In this document: piece after piece, positions 49,134 through 62,045 of the stretch
How the letters are laid out: every line of letters begins with the position of its first letter
Numbering within the stretch: position 1 is the first letter of the stretch
Assembly (NCBI RefSeq): GCF_964355755.1
Contig: NC_092677.1
Span: 18,560,101-18,624,100 of the forward strand
Length of the DNA: 64,000 nucleotides
Source of the DNA: Antedon mediterranea
Taxonomy: Eukaryota > Animalia > Echinodermata
Direction of reading: 5' to 3'
Notes under the pieces: generated by a model
Database searches by the model: none
The model's input: only the letters and a program-made list of their open reading frames with translations
Told to the model about the DNA's origin: nothing
Translations under genes and position numbers: made by a program

Positions 49134-52100
49134 ACGACTATCATAGATGACAAACTTAGTCAGGTTGTTAATCAAACTAATACGATAAACATTAAAGTAT
49201 AACTTGTATTTTCTTCTTTGCATTGTTTTTAGTTTGATTAAAGTGATTTTATAGACGTAACGATCATCAGAATGGCTGAATCCACTGTTGAACTTCCCGC
49301 TAAGGGTTCGGTTACTAGGCATGCACAGCTGGTTAGGCAAATAGTGATCGAGTTATTTGAGAGTGATCACACGACTATCATAGATGACAAACTTAGTCAG
49401 GTTGTTAATCAAACTAATATGATAAACATTAAAGTTAACAGTCTTGAAGAAACGGTAAACGAACTTGATCGTAAAGTAAACAAGGACTTTAAATCGGTGT
49501 ATGCTGATCATCACCGTGAGCAACATTCCATTATGGATGAATTAGACCAGGCGGTAGAGAATTTAAATCAGCAAGCCGACGATCTCGAACAATATTCTAG
49601 GAGAAATTGTCTTCGTGTGTTCGGTGTGAAAGAGGAGGCTAACGAAAACACGGATAACATCATTATTGGCATAGCTGAAAATAAATTAGGGCTTAAGTTG
49701 GTTCCTGATAACATTGATCGTTCACACAGGGTTGGTACAAGGAAAGAAAATAAAAAAACAAGCCTAGGCCGATCATTGTTAAGTTCGTCTCCTATCGATA
49801 TCGTAGGGTGGTGATTACGGCTCGGAGGAAGCTAGAGGGATCTGGCCTATCCATACAGGAAGACTTAACCCGTAAACGCATCGATCTGTTACGCAAAATA
49901 AGTGAGCATAGTATGGTATGGTCAGCATGGTCGGTAGATGGAAGAGTGTTTGCATTGATCCAAGTTAAAGGCCGTGATGTTGTGAAGCCAATTCGTTCTT
50001 TTGCTGATCTTGAAAACATTTAACTCTTATTTTACACATACATGGAACTGTTTAGATCCATTTGATTTTTTCAAGAACATATTTTGTTTGCATAAACTCT
50101 TAATTTTGGAAATTATTAATAATGTATTTACCTTACATTTAAAGTGTTTCCTCAACTTGTTTATTCTTAATTTCTTTTTCTGAATTTCCTAATTCATTAT
50201 TGAAATAATTGTTCTCGTTTATATTTCTACAACATTAATAAGACATTTTTTATTTTTTATTTTTTTTTCAAGAAAAAAAAAATGTGTAGGCACTTTTATC
50301 TCTATGGAGACTGATCTCTGGTATTCCACTTGGCACTTTTATTTTTCTCATTAACCTGTCTCCAGTTTATCTGGTTTTGTTTTTGTGTTGGATTTGTACT
50401 TGTTTATATGTCATTTTCTTCTCAAATGAACCCCTGTACCGAAACATTTCCTAACCAAGATCGATTAAATAATTTAATTTTCAACCCATACGCAGACTAT
50501 GATAAACATGTTCATGACATACCAATTTCTTCTCTTCCTCTATCCAGCCCAATTGTAAGTACTATCAACCTGGCCAACTAACCAACTTAATTGGAGAGCT
50601 CAGTAACGTGAAACACTTTTCTTCCTTGCATATTAATTCTAGAAGTTTTACTTCATAACATTGATTCTTTCAAATTAATTTTAACCAATGTAAATTATGA
50701 TTTCGATATAATTGCAGTCTCGGAAACCTGGTTGAAAGATGATAATCCATTAACCAATATCTCCAGTTATTCTTTCATTTCAAAAAAACAGACTAGGGCG
50801 GGCTGGTGGAGGTGTAGGGCTGTATGTTCGAAATAACAATGTGTTCAAAGAGAGAACTGATCTTTTCCTAGACCCCTCCCTATGCGACTCCCTTTTTATT
50901 GAACTTGAACTTGAATCCAATCAAAACATTATTGTTGGTGTAATCTATAGGGCACCATCTCTTGATACGAATGCTTTTATTGACGCTTTTGATCTCCTGT
51001 TAAATAATCTAGCAAAAACCAACAAAAAAATTTACTTATTAGGTGATTTTAACATTGACCTACTTAAACATCAGTCCGATAATCAATCCAACGATTTTGT
51101 TAACTCTGTCTTTAGTAATTTCCTTTTACCCTAATCAATAGACCAACTCGTATTACCCGAACGTCAGCAACATTAATTGACAATATATTATCTAATCAAA
51201 TTGAATCATCAAGTCTATCTGAACTTTTCTATAGTGACATTACTGATCATTTGCCCATTTTTAACATTACACCCTTATCAAATATACCAAACCGTCCCAA
51301 AAACTATGTAAGCCCTAATCATACCTACAGAAAATTTAACGAAACAAATATTTCAAACATAAACAACGATTTGTCTAACATGAATTGGACTGTGTTTTTG
51401 GTCGGATGATCCTAATATTACTTTACTTTCATTTGAAACTGAATTCAAACGACTGTATGATAAACATTTTCCAATTCAAGAGCAGTCTGCAGGGGAAAAA
51501 AAATAAAGACCTGGATGACGGATGAACTCTTAAATTCAATAAAGCATAAACAAAAACTGTATTCCAAATCCCTCCGCCATCCGAATGACAAAAACATAAA
51601 TGAATATAAGCAATTCTGTAACTCCCTTAACTCTTTAATAAAATTAACAAAACGCGATTATTATGAAAAAAAGTTTAAGCAGCAGAAGGATAATATCAAA
51701 GGAACATGGACAATTATAAATAGTCTCATAAAAACGAATGAAAGTAAGCATTTCGAAGAGTCCACTATAAATTGCAAAGGAAACTTAACGGATGATCCCA
51801 ACATAATTTCAAATCATTTAAATAATTTTTTTGTTAATATTGGACCTACCCTCGCCAAAAATATAGACACATCTAATGCAAATTTTAAGGATTACCTCCC
51901 TCCGCCATCCATAAATTCTTTATTTCTCATTCCTGTGACTGCTTTTGAGATTATGGATATTGTTATGCGCCTCAAAAATAGTAAAGCACCTGGCATTGAT
52001 GATATTAACCCGTCTATTATTAAACAACTTATCCCTTTTATTTCCGAACCCCTCTGTTACATTTTCAATCTTTGTTTTGTAAATGGCACCTTTCCTGACA

Positions 52101-53727
52101 CCCTTAAACTAGCTAAAGTAACTCCTATTTTTAAAACTGGTGACAAATCTGATTCCAGTAATTACCGTCCTATATTAGTGCTACCGATCTTTTCCAACAT
52201 ACTTGAACGCCTTATTTATGATCGAACATACAATTATCTTCCAAAAAATAGTATTCCTTACAATAAACAATTTGGCTTTCGTAAGAACTATAATACATCC
52301 ACCGCACTTCTTCAGTTAACAAATGAATTTGTTGGGGCCTTCGAGAGGGGTGAATTTGCCATTGGTATTTTCATTGACCTCTCGAAGGCCTTTGATACAA
52401 TTGATCACGATATTTTATTATATAAGTTAAATACTTATGGAATCCGTGGCCCTGTATATAATTTATTCAAAAGCTACCTTTCAAACCGCAAGCAATGCAC
52501 TAAATTTAAACACACTCTTTATGATTTTCTTCCTATTATTTGTGGAGTCCCTCAAGGTTCCCTGCTTGGGCCTCTATTATTTTTATTATACATAAATGAT
52601 ATCCATAATGCCTCAAATATGTTTTCTTTTCTGTTGTATGCTGATGACACAACCCTAATTTACACTGATAAAAATATAGATTCCCTTTTTAAAATATCAA
52701 CCAAAAATCTACCCAAAATTTTAACATACTTTTCTGCAAACAAACTTTCTGTTAATCTATAAAGAAGTGCTGTTGTATGGTGTTCAAAAATTCACAAATA
52801 CCACTAAATACTAGTACTTTTAAACTAAAAATTAAAGATCAATTAATACCTATTGTTGAGAAAACTACATTTCTTGGTGTTTATCTGGACTGTAAGCTAA
52901 ATTGGAAACATCAGATTACTCAAGTCGAAAACAAAATATCCAAAAGTTTTGGTATCATATATAGATTAACATCTTTCATCCCTCAAAACATACTCCGGAT
53001 TCTTTACTGTTCACTAATCCTCCCTTACCTCACTTACTGTAATATTATTTGGGGTAATACATACCCGTCCTACTTAAAGAAACTGTTATTGATCCAAAAG
53101 AAAACCGTAAGATACATAGCAAATGCTTCTCCTTTATCCCATTCCAATCCTTTATTTTCTTCATTTGGTCTTTTTAAAATTCAGGATATTAACCATCTTC
53201 AACAAAGTGTTTTCCTCTATCCATGGCTAAACTCGATCCTGCCATCACACTTTGATGATTTATTTAGTTTCAATCTTAATTTTCATAACCACAGTACTCG
53301 GAGCGCAAATCAAATACGTATTCTTTTTTTTTTTAAACTACTTCTTTTAAACATCGCATTAAGTTCACTGGTCCTAAACTTTGGGATAACGTACCAGTTA
53401 ATATAAAAAGTGCTTTGTCTAAGAAGAGTTTTTCTTTTAAATTGAAACGGCACCTCTTATCTAGTTATGTTTAATTATCCTTTCACTCATTGTAGTTTTG
53501 ATATTTAGTCTTTTCGGTACCCTGAATCTAAAAGTCTTCATTATTGTTTTTGTCCTGTTTCCGGTTCCCGTGTGGTCCTGTTTTTTTTTTTTTCATTTTC
53601 TATGGGCTGCCTTATACAAGCTTTGCTTTTTATGAATGTTGCCCCTCTTATTTTAATAATGTTTACTGTTAATTTTTTATTTCTATGAAAGACAAGAGAA
53701 ATAAATTGATTGATTGATTGATTGATT
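49134..53727 (+). mobile_element. LINE-A copy 2, with (GATT)n tail and rearranged 5' junction
   Basis: Near-identical to the reverse complement of 4541-9045. ORF1 starts at 49272 and is frameshifted in the A-run near 49752. RT 51515..52762. AATAAA then (TTGA)n at 53700-53727. Confidence 0.95.
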
Positions 53728-53750
53728 ATTGCTTTATTTTTTATATTTAG

Positions 53751-54047
53751 ATGTTGAGCCACCTACTGTGACATGTCCTTTCATAGTTTATGGTGTGACT
53801 GATCCTGGAAGTTCCAATGGTAGTGTCAGTTTCAACGTTACTGTAGTGGATAATGTTCTAATCGCTTTCTTTTCTACAAACTTTACACTAATCAGCCCAA
53901 ATTGGTTACCTGTTGACATGGTTTCTTATGTCTTCCAAACTGCTGCTGTGTTTCCTTTTGGAGAAACTATCATTGAGTACACATTCTATGACAATTCTTC
54001 ACCGACATCTAATCAAGCCTCGTGTTATGTTACAGTGAATATTCAAG
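53751..54047 (+). CDS. Gene 2 long HYR exon 2b (recent duplicate of 2a)
   Basis: 297 nt, open, very similar to 48332-48628, including the downstream intron start. Confidence 0.88.
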
Positions 54048-54918
54048 GTATGATGTTTATTGTTATCAAGTGCCTTATATATAAACCGATTGACCTAGTT
54101 GTTTTCTCTGAATACGAAACGATTATTTTAAATAATATTTTTTTTTTTTTATATATAGAATTTTTTTATTTACAATCAACGTCCAATTGAAAATATGATG
54201 TATCCTAATCCTAAACACAGTGGTCGAGTTGACTGCACTTATATTCTTTTGTTCATGTTTAATACTGAAACATCACTGACGTACGTCCGTATTCTTAAAC
54301 CGGACTTTATCGTAGTTCGATCTAGAACTTTAAAATTCAATTTTAATTCATAAACCGAACTTCAACTAAATCGGTGACTAAATCATGCCAACCTCCACTA
54401 AACCGAGACGGAATTTGATGTATTTTTAGTCCTCGAAGGGACAGGCTGAATCGTCGTCTAAACTTTTTTTAAAAAAGGTTTATAAAAATGTAACAGTAAT
54501 TGCGTTGCATATTTTCCAGATATTGAAGAATGAAATATCTATTTTTATATTAGCTTAATTCGGTACCACTTGATATATGTTATAATAATGCAAATCATGT
54601 TTTAGTTACAACCGTATACAAATTGCATTATTTTCTTCGAAGCAAGTCAGAGAATTAAACTACGTCACGTCATAGCGGATAGGGATCTTCGTCGCGATCA
54701 TACTTGGTCAGAGGCTTAAACAAAATGAAACCACGATGGTTCCTAGCTATATACATATTGTAGTTTTTATTGTTAAGTACTTCATTGTTTAATCATTACT
54801 CATCCGACATGCTGATTCCTTATTTGTTTTATGATAAACAATCATAGGCCTACACTTTCCGTTACAATTTTTAAAATATATATATTATTATAATACGATG
54901 ATTTATCAATTTATTTAG

Positions 54919-55047
54919 GTTCTGTAACTTGTAACTTTGATGTTGATTTCTGTGGATGGGACCCGTATCCGTACAACAGTTGGTATCGGTATACACCATG
55001 GCAACTTTCAGACGAACTAACTGATGATAACATTAACCCTGACCCAG
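54919..55047 (+). CDS. Gene 2 MAM domain 1, exon a
   Basis: 129 nt. Reads SVTCNFDVDFCGW...W; CxFDxxxCGW is the MAM start motif. Confidence 0.85.
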
Positions 55048-55340
55048 GTACAATTGTTGTTGTTTGTCTAATATGTAGGTTAGAATATTGATATAATTGA
55101 CATAAACATAATATTATATTATATTATATTATACTTCGCCAGTATATTAAAGTTGTCGCAATTGACCTACCATACATTCATAAATGTCTGGATAGTCACA
55201 ATTTAAACACTTATTATTAAATTTAAATTAATATTTTATTGCATCAGACAAAGCGCTGAATATATTTATACTTTTTCGTTCCAGGCACGACGTAGAATAA
55301 AACATGCTGGTCTTTTATATACTGTTTTCTAAATTTGCAG

Positions 55341-55673
55341 GTGATTACTATGCTTTCATTAACACTACAAGTTGGTCATCATATTACGTTGGATCTATGT
55401 GGACCTCAGAGATACCATCAAATTGGGGTGATTTCTGCGTCAAGTTTAACTACTATCTGAGTAATGTAAATGATCGTATAGAAATTCAACACTATCGTTC
55501 GTTTGATTATTGGGTTACAGAAAAACGTTTCCTCTTTACAAGCACAGGATGGAAGTTAGGCCATGTTAGCTTTACCACGAGTACTCCTGTTAACCGTCTG
55601 CTATTCTATGGGAGAACATATAGAAATATTGTAGCGATTAACAACGTTAACATTAGTAAAGGAACATGTGAAG
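55341..55673 (+). CDS. Gene 2 MAM domain 1, exon b
   Basis: 333 nt. Reads GDYYAFI...FCVKFNYYL...W...VAINNVNISKGTC. Confidence 0.85.
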
Positions 55674-56222
55674 GTAATGTGTTAACAGTAGTGTTAAAAA
55701 TTGAAAAATAAAACAAACTACATTATAACAAATAATGATGCCCAAAATGATAAGTAATAATAATTAAAAATGATGAGCAAAAAACTGATTACAAAGATGA
55801 TTAGGATGATGATAGATTTAGATCATAGTTCAGATACAGTAAGTGTTAAATTATCCTATTCACAAAATTGCAAAGACTTCTTTATACGTGCACAATAATA
55901 ATTATGTACAATATAGCATTACATACATCAGAGGTATATATTTCAAATTTGTACCAACCTAATTTATTGATTTGGCTATTGTCTAAATTCAATAATGATG
56001 TATGTTGGTTCTATATGTTAATTGAAAGTTTCGTTTGAAGTGTTCTGTATATGTATATACATTAATAGAATCAATAAATCTTAATAATTATTTAATAATT
56101 TTTGTCAACAATTTGTGATTTAATGCAAAAATAGTAACGTCTATGTAAGTGATGTATGTGATTTCATTTAAATGTTATACTCTGGTCATTATTTTTACTT
56201 TTAAATTTTCTGGATTTAATAG

Positions 56223-56564
56223 ATTGTGTGAAAAAAATGTATCTAACAATAGGTGACACTATCAACGTAACATCCCCATATTACCCAGAAATCCATGATA
56301 ACAATCAATACTGCGAGTGGATTGTGGAAAGTCCGCAAAATACAGGAATTCTACTTACGTTTTATGACATAGAGCTGGAAAGCTGTTGTGACTTTTTGAA
56401 TATCACTTATGTTGACACCATTGGCAAAACATTGACTGAATTTTACACAGGGAGAAATGTTTACGACAGTATTCTTGCGAAAACGTACTTAAGTATAATA
56501 TTTCAAACTAACAATGACGGTGTTACCAGAGGATTTGCTCTACAACTAAAAGTTATTAACATAG
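56223..56564 (+). CDS. Gene 2 CUB domain 1
   Basis: 342 nt. Reads TSPYYP...CEWIVESP...ILLTFYDIELESCCDFL...FTGR...FQT...RGF. Confidence 0.9.
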
Positions 56565-56655
56565 GTATGTTTACATTTTATAAATATTTGAATAATTATG
56601 TGTTTCATATTTTACCTTTTTTCCGCAATATCATCTAAACATTTTTTTTTTGTAG

Positions 56656-56778
56656 AGTGTTCTGGTTATCTGTGCTTGACTGGTAATCGTACTGGTGTAT
56701 GTCTAGATAGTTATTTAGTTTGTGACGGATCCAATGATTGTGGTGATTGGTCTGATGAAAAACATGGGTGCACAAATC
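56656..56778 (+). CDS. Gene 2 LDL-receptor class A exon
   Basis: 123 nt. Reads ECSGYLC...CLDSYLVCDGSNDCGDWSDEKHGC, with 6 Cys and DxSDE. Confidence 0.9.
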
Positions 56779-57303
56779 GTGAGTTGTTTAGTAAAGAAAA
56801 CAGCATCTGGAAATATAATCAACATAATTATATATTGGACCAGAATTTAGATTTCGTAGTATTTAATATCTTGTTATATTACATAGCCTATGTAAATACG
56901 CGAACGTGATTGGTTGAAACTGCATCACATGACTACCGCTGCGAGGATCGTAAATCGTATATATCCTCGAGAACGATGATATTGACTGTGTAATTATCGT
57001 GTCCCCTGTTATTAAACATATAGATTCTCGAGTACGATGATATTGACTGTGTAATTTTCGTGTGCCAACACTCGCGTTGCCGATAAATAAACAAAAGTCA
57101 TCAACTCGATCTTGAACTCGGGTGGAATTGACACTCCACCGCAAGACAACGCTTCAACCGTTGCGCCACGGAAGTTGCTTGAAGAAATTAATCTTCTAAA
57201 CTATTTAAACTATGCATACATAGCGCCCTCATTTGTTATAAGTCCACCCTATAATATGATGAAACACCGTTTGTGATTGGTCAATACTCACGGTAGTAAC
57301 CTA

Positions 57304-59619
57304 CAGTCAGGCAGCAAAGTGGTTGACCTCGCGAATTATTACCAAATCAAAATTTGAATTGCCGCCATCTTGGAATCGCGATAAAGCAAGTAGTGCGGAA
57401 TTACAAAATGCAGCAAAAAAAAATTTCAATAACATTTAAATAGCATATTCATACAATTGAATTTATATTAATAAAATTCAACTAAGGATTTTACGAAAGA
57501 TAGGCTACTTAAGAAATACTGCCGAGATCGGTTCCCCCACACGGCGTAGGGTACCGCAGTGCTAAGGGGCCTAGGTAGGAAAAAATCTGATTTTACCTGT
57601 TAAACATGCTTGAACCAAGGCCATTTTAATATATATTATCCAGATTATATATCAAAACAAACTGATAAAAGGATTTGTTGATTTGCTTCTGATGAGAAAA
57701 GTGCCGGATTCATTTCGCTGACGGCGAATGAATACACGAATTTTCGCCATTTTCTAGCACTAGCCTTGGGTACCCAGACAGCTGATAACGATTATATTCG
57801 ATTGTCCAGACGTCTCTGCTACTGGTGCTCAATACTACAGTATGTATTACCATGGACCTATAGGTCCATGGTATTACTGTACATATAGTACTGTATGTTT
57901 AGTTTTTGCTTTCTTTATGGCAAAATAAATATTTAATTTTTATTATTGCTTATTTTGGTTTAACTTTATCCAAGAAGAAGTAAATATTATTATATATTTG
58001 CATATTACAGTCAAGTTGCAACTGCCACGAATCCACTCCACTTTGGTTACTAAATAACTAAATAATTAATAGTATAACATCATAACTAACAAACAAATTA
58101 ACAAGTTAATAAATTAACCACCATTAAAAAATTTTATTTACAAAAAAGTATTTTACATACAGTATAACATGTAATATCTTATTTACATCGAAGTAAAATA
58201 TGCCTATCAAACTATCTTGCTCAGGCTAAAATATCAAGTTATATGTCAATATTTGAGTTAAATCATCGCGATAATAAAAATTTTTATTTTTTTTTTATTT
58301 TTAAAAGACATCTGTTACGTACATCAATTTACAAATATCAAAATAGGATTGTTTTTGCAGCACAAGATGAATCACAAGTCGGATAGTTTATTCTTAGAAA
58401 CCTGAAAGAAAAAAAAAACACCAATAATGAGCTATTCATAGTTAAATAATTTTAATGTCAAATTTAGTCATCCTAAATTTTGTCGCCATGATCACTACTA
58501 TACACAATACTGTATATATAAATATCATATGTACGACCATCCAAATTACCTCATCCTACCTACAGTCCTTCCTAGCCTAGGCTACATTATTGTCATATAT
58601 TTACAAACCTCCAACAGCCACAACGTATTTTCTTTTCTTTGGCAAAGAATTTCCCGTAATATAGTCCTAAATTAATTAAATAAATCAAAAGGTCTAGGCC
58701 TAGGCCTTTCTTTAAATATCCGACGATATATATCCATAATCCAGTGGATATAGATTCAACATTTTAAACATAATAATAATATGGCTTCACATTGATTATA
58801 ATAAGTCGGCGATATGCCACTAAAAACTAGCCTGCGGCCCTCTCTATCCGCCTACAAATAGCACTGGGTTTCCGTCAAATGGGCTAGGCCTAGCCTAGGC
58901 CTAGATAATACTACAAGTTGGGTACATTTTTTTACAACCAAATAATCTACAATTATATTGCAATATTTACCAAACTAGCACCAAATCCAAAATAATAAAG
59001 CTACTAATAACATATTTTGGTATATTAACTGGTTTAAAAACGGATTGCACATAGTGATTTTGAAGGATTGAAATTACTCAACCACACGGCCTGTACTAAA
59101 CATACGAATCCAAGATGGAGTCTGCTTAGAATATATCCCCAGCTTTGAACGGATATTGAATCCGTCCCACAAGCTGAACCAAGCTTAAACTTTCAGAAAA
59201 GATAGATTAATAACCTAATAACCAACCACTAAGTTTTTATAAAGGTTCCGTGCTGATGAGAAAAGTGCCGGATTCCCTACGAAACCAAACAAATAAATCA
59301 TGTAGCCTACCTCAACGAACACCTCCATCTGCACTTTTTTCTTCAATAAGCTCTGTCGTCATTTCCTGGGCTATTTATACCAAAATTTTGTGGCGGGAAT
59401 AATCTTCCATATTAGGAGTAACAATTTCCAAATATAGAAAGATATAATTTAACCCGGATGGTGGAAATTGCAGCAGATTTGTAAGGGTATTCCTATGCAA
59501 AATGCTTGCCGCGAAGTGAAAAGCGAACCGGAAGTCACTATAACTTGGCGATGCTCAGTGACCTGCGCAGTTAAAAAACAGCGTTTTAACGGTTAAATGA
59601 GCACTTTGCTGCTCGACTG
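57304..59619. mobile_element. Unclassified non-autonomous TIR element with a 4-bp TSD
   Basis: TIRs CAGTCAGGCAGCAAAGTG and CAGTCGAGCAGCAAAGTG. TSD CCTA at 57300-57303 and 59620-59623. Removing it restores repeat X. Confidence 0.8.
57844..57877. other. 20-bp perfect palindrome flanked by a 7-bp direct repeat (probable transposon footprint)
   Basis: GTATTAC-CATGGACCTATAGGTCCATG-GTATTAC. Confidence 0.75.
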
Positions 59620-59944
59620 CCTAGTAAGTAGTACGCGCTGAACATCCGGTGATTCGGCTCCTCGAAGATCGAGAAGAAGACGAATTGTTTATTCGGCCTA
59701 CCTGATTATAATATTATTATTTTTAATAGGCTTATTGATGGAAATTCTTCTGTTAATTTAAACGACCTAGGCCTAAGTGAATATTTTATTGCCAAGGAAT
59801 CATTAATTAGTAATTATCTGTATATTATTCTTCGCAAGGTAAGGTGTCTAGGCAGGCTTGTTTAAATACAATACAAATACTATAGGAGGCCTAGCCTAGC
59901 TTCACCCAACCCAGCAGCAGACTTGTTCTTGGCTATATAATATA

Positions 59945-60098
59945 ACAGATATTGCCTTTTATATCGGTTAAATATAAGATTTGACATCCCCTCGGGAATG
60001 ATATTAAGTTCTCGGGGAATATATATTCCCTCGAACATAATATCATTCCTTCGGGGATGTCAAATCTTATATTTAACCTCTAAACAGTCAATATCTGT
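59945..60098. repeat. ~154-bp imperfect palindrome (long hairpin)
   Basis: GGTTAAATATAAGATTTGACATCCCC...GGGAATATATATTCCC...GGGGATGTCAAATCTTATATTTAACC, with an outer ACAGATATTG/CAATATCTGT pair. Confidence 0.9.
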
Positions 60099-61244
60099 AT
60101 AATATTCATTACTTCAACTCACGATAAGTTACATAGTTAAAAACAAACATCTATTGTGAACCCGACCCCGAGGCGTTGAGTGTGATTATTATTGTCATTT
60201 TATTCGATCAATAGTATACTAACACTAAAAACACGCGCGTGTAATTGGTTAAAAACAAGTACTTGCTAGTTGCACATTTCTGGAATTCCAGGGCCATGCT
60301 ACGTCAATCTACATTATTACGCCGGTCCGAGGCGTGGGGTGTGGTCATTTTCCCAAAAAAAACGTCGTTTTTTTACTAAAAATAACAATAAAATACGCAC
60401 ATGAAATCTAATTGTCAGGTCCAATTGGAAGATGCTTCATCAGAGTTTATGTAACAGGTTGAAATTAAAACTGGCAGGCAAAACATTATTTTGGTATTTT
60501 ACCGTCAACCCAATTAAGTTTATAGAATCTGTAGAAATAAATATGCAAACAGTGACCTATTGATTCTAGGAGATTTTAATCGATCAGCTGAACCGAACGA
60601 CACGAAAAGTGCAATGGATGATCATCTCATTGGACAGTTGTGGACTTTTGCAATGTAATTGCCATGCTACTCGTGTGAATACGATTCTTGATTTAGTTAT
60701 ATTAATATTTCTCTGAAAAGATAATATCGCTAGAGATGTTTTATTTCCAACCAAAATTTCTGATTGTATAATAATGTGCAATTCTAATATTTGAAAATGT
60801 TGTACCGTGGCATATTATTGATTTAAAAAATTATGTGAATAAGGCTACCAAAATGTTTTAAGATTTTTACGTAAGACCAAATTCATAGTAAGGGTACGAA
60901 TATTTTTTTTATTTTTTTAAATTTTTTTAAATGTGTTATGTTATGTGTCTCTTTTTTCTCCACATAATTAACAGAAAATGAAATACTCACAATTCAAATA
61001 TAGGCCTACTAGACTTTTTATAAAGTGTATACGCATCCAACACGCCAATTATAGGATGGATAAAAACGAAATGAAAGCTACATCTCTACTACTAACCACC
61101 AACAAATACAGCTCCACTACTATGTGGTGATTGTTCAATAATTGGTAACGTTTTAGTGCATATTTAGCGGAGCCTATTATACCGGTCGGGTATGGTCAAT
61201 TATTTACAATTATTTTAATATGATCATGATTTTTGTCAAATTAG

Positions 61245-61376
61245 GTTCTATAAGTTGTAACTTTGATGTTGATATGTGTGGTTGGGACCCGTATCCGTAC
61301 ATCGGTAATTCATATCAGAATGCACCATGGCAACGATCAGACGAACGAATTGATGATAAATTTGACACAGACCAAG
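61245..61376 (+). CDS. Gene 2 MAM domain 2, exon a
   Basis: 132 nt. Reads SISCNFDVDMCGWDPYP. Paralogous to 54919-55047. Confidence 0.85.
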
Positions 61377-62045
61377 GTAGATTTTTTATTGTTCTGATCT
61401 AGAGCATAGATATAATGAATATACATATAAGTGTAAACAAAGTCTCAGCGCTAATATAATTCTTAGTAGTCAGAATCGACTTACCACGCACTCAAAATTC
61501 CTCTGACGACTAGGCACAATTTAAACTGATTTTATAGTGCAGGTTATTATAAACAGAGCCAATTAAAAAAATTAGTTTTGCTAAATATTCATTTTAGATC
61601 ATGAGAACATTTTAAATGAAAATTTCCTTAAGGTTAATGTTTTGAAATGTGTAATAAAGAACATTTAGTTTGTGGATAAATTGTTCAATTCGCGAAGATA
61701 ACAACAGGTGCTAGAGCATATAACACATACCACAAGAGGAATATATTTCAAACTTCTGATTTTTTTAATTTGTAACCATAGCTACTAAATTAGATAATGA
61801 TCTTTCTGTGTTTTTATGCTAATGTAACGTTTTGTTTGGAATGTTCTGTCTTTTTTTATAGAATAATATTATTTGCATAAATGAAATCAATCTTTTTGAA
61901 TATTTATATTAATATCGTCAAATGATTATATGTAAACATTGAGGAAATTTAATTTAGATATTATACTTCAACAAGCTAAATATATTAATATTCTTATTCC
62001 AGACACGATGTAGAATATAATGTACATTACCCTTATTTTTTTCAG

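Larger units (their letters stand above)
56874..59659 (-). repeat. Interspersed repeat X copy 2 (inverted relative to copy 1), split by a TIR element
   Basis: Matches the reverse complement of the 31391-33489 core. Confidence 0.85.

Noticed and set aside
59253-59286. CTGATGAG...CGAAAC as a hammerhead ribozyme (also 57689)
   Set aside because: The core words are present, but stems I and II cannot be formed convincingly and the 57689 copy lacks a suitably placed GAAA.
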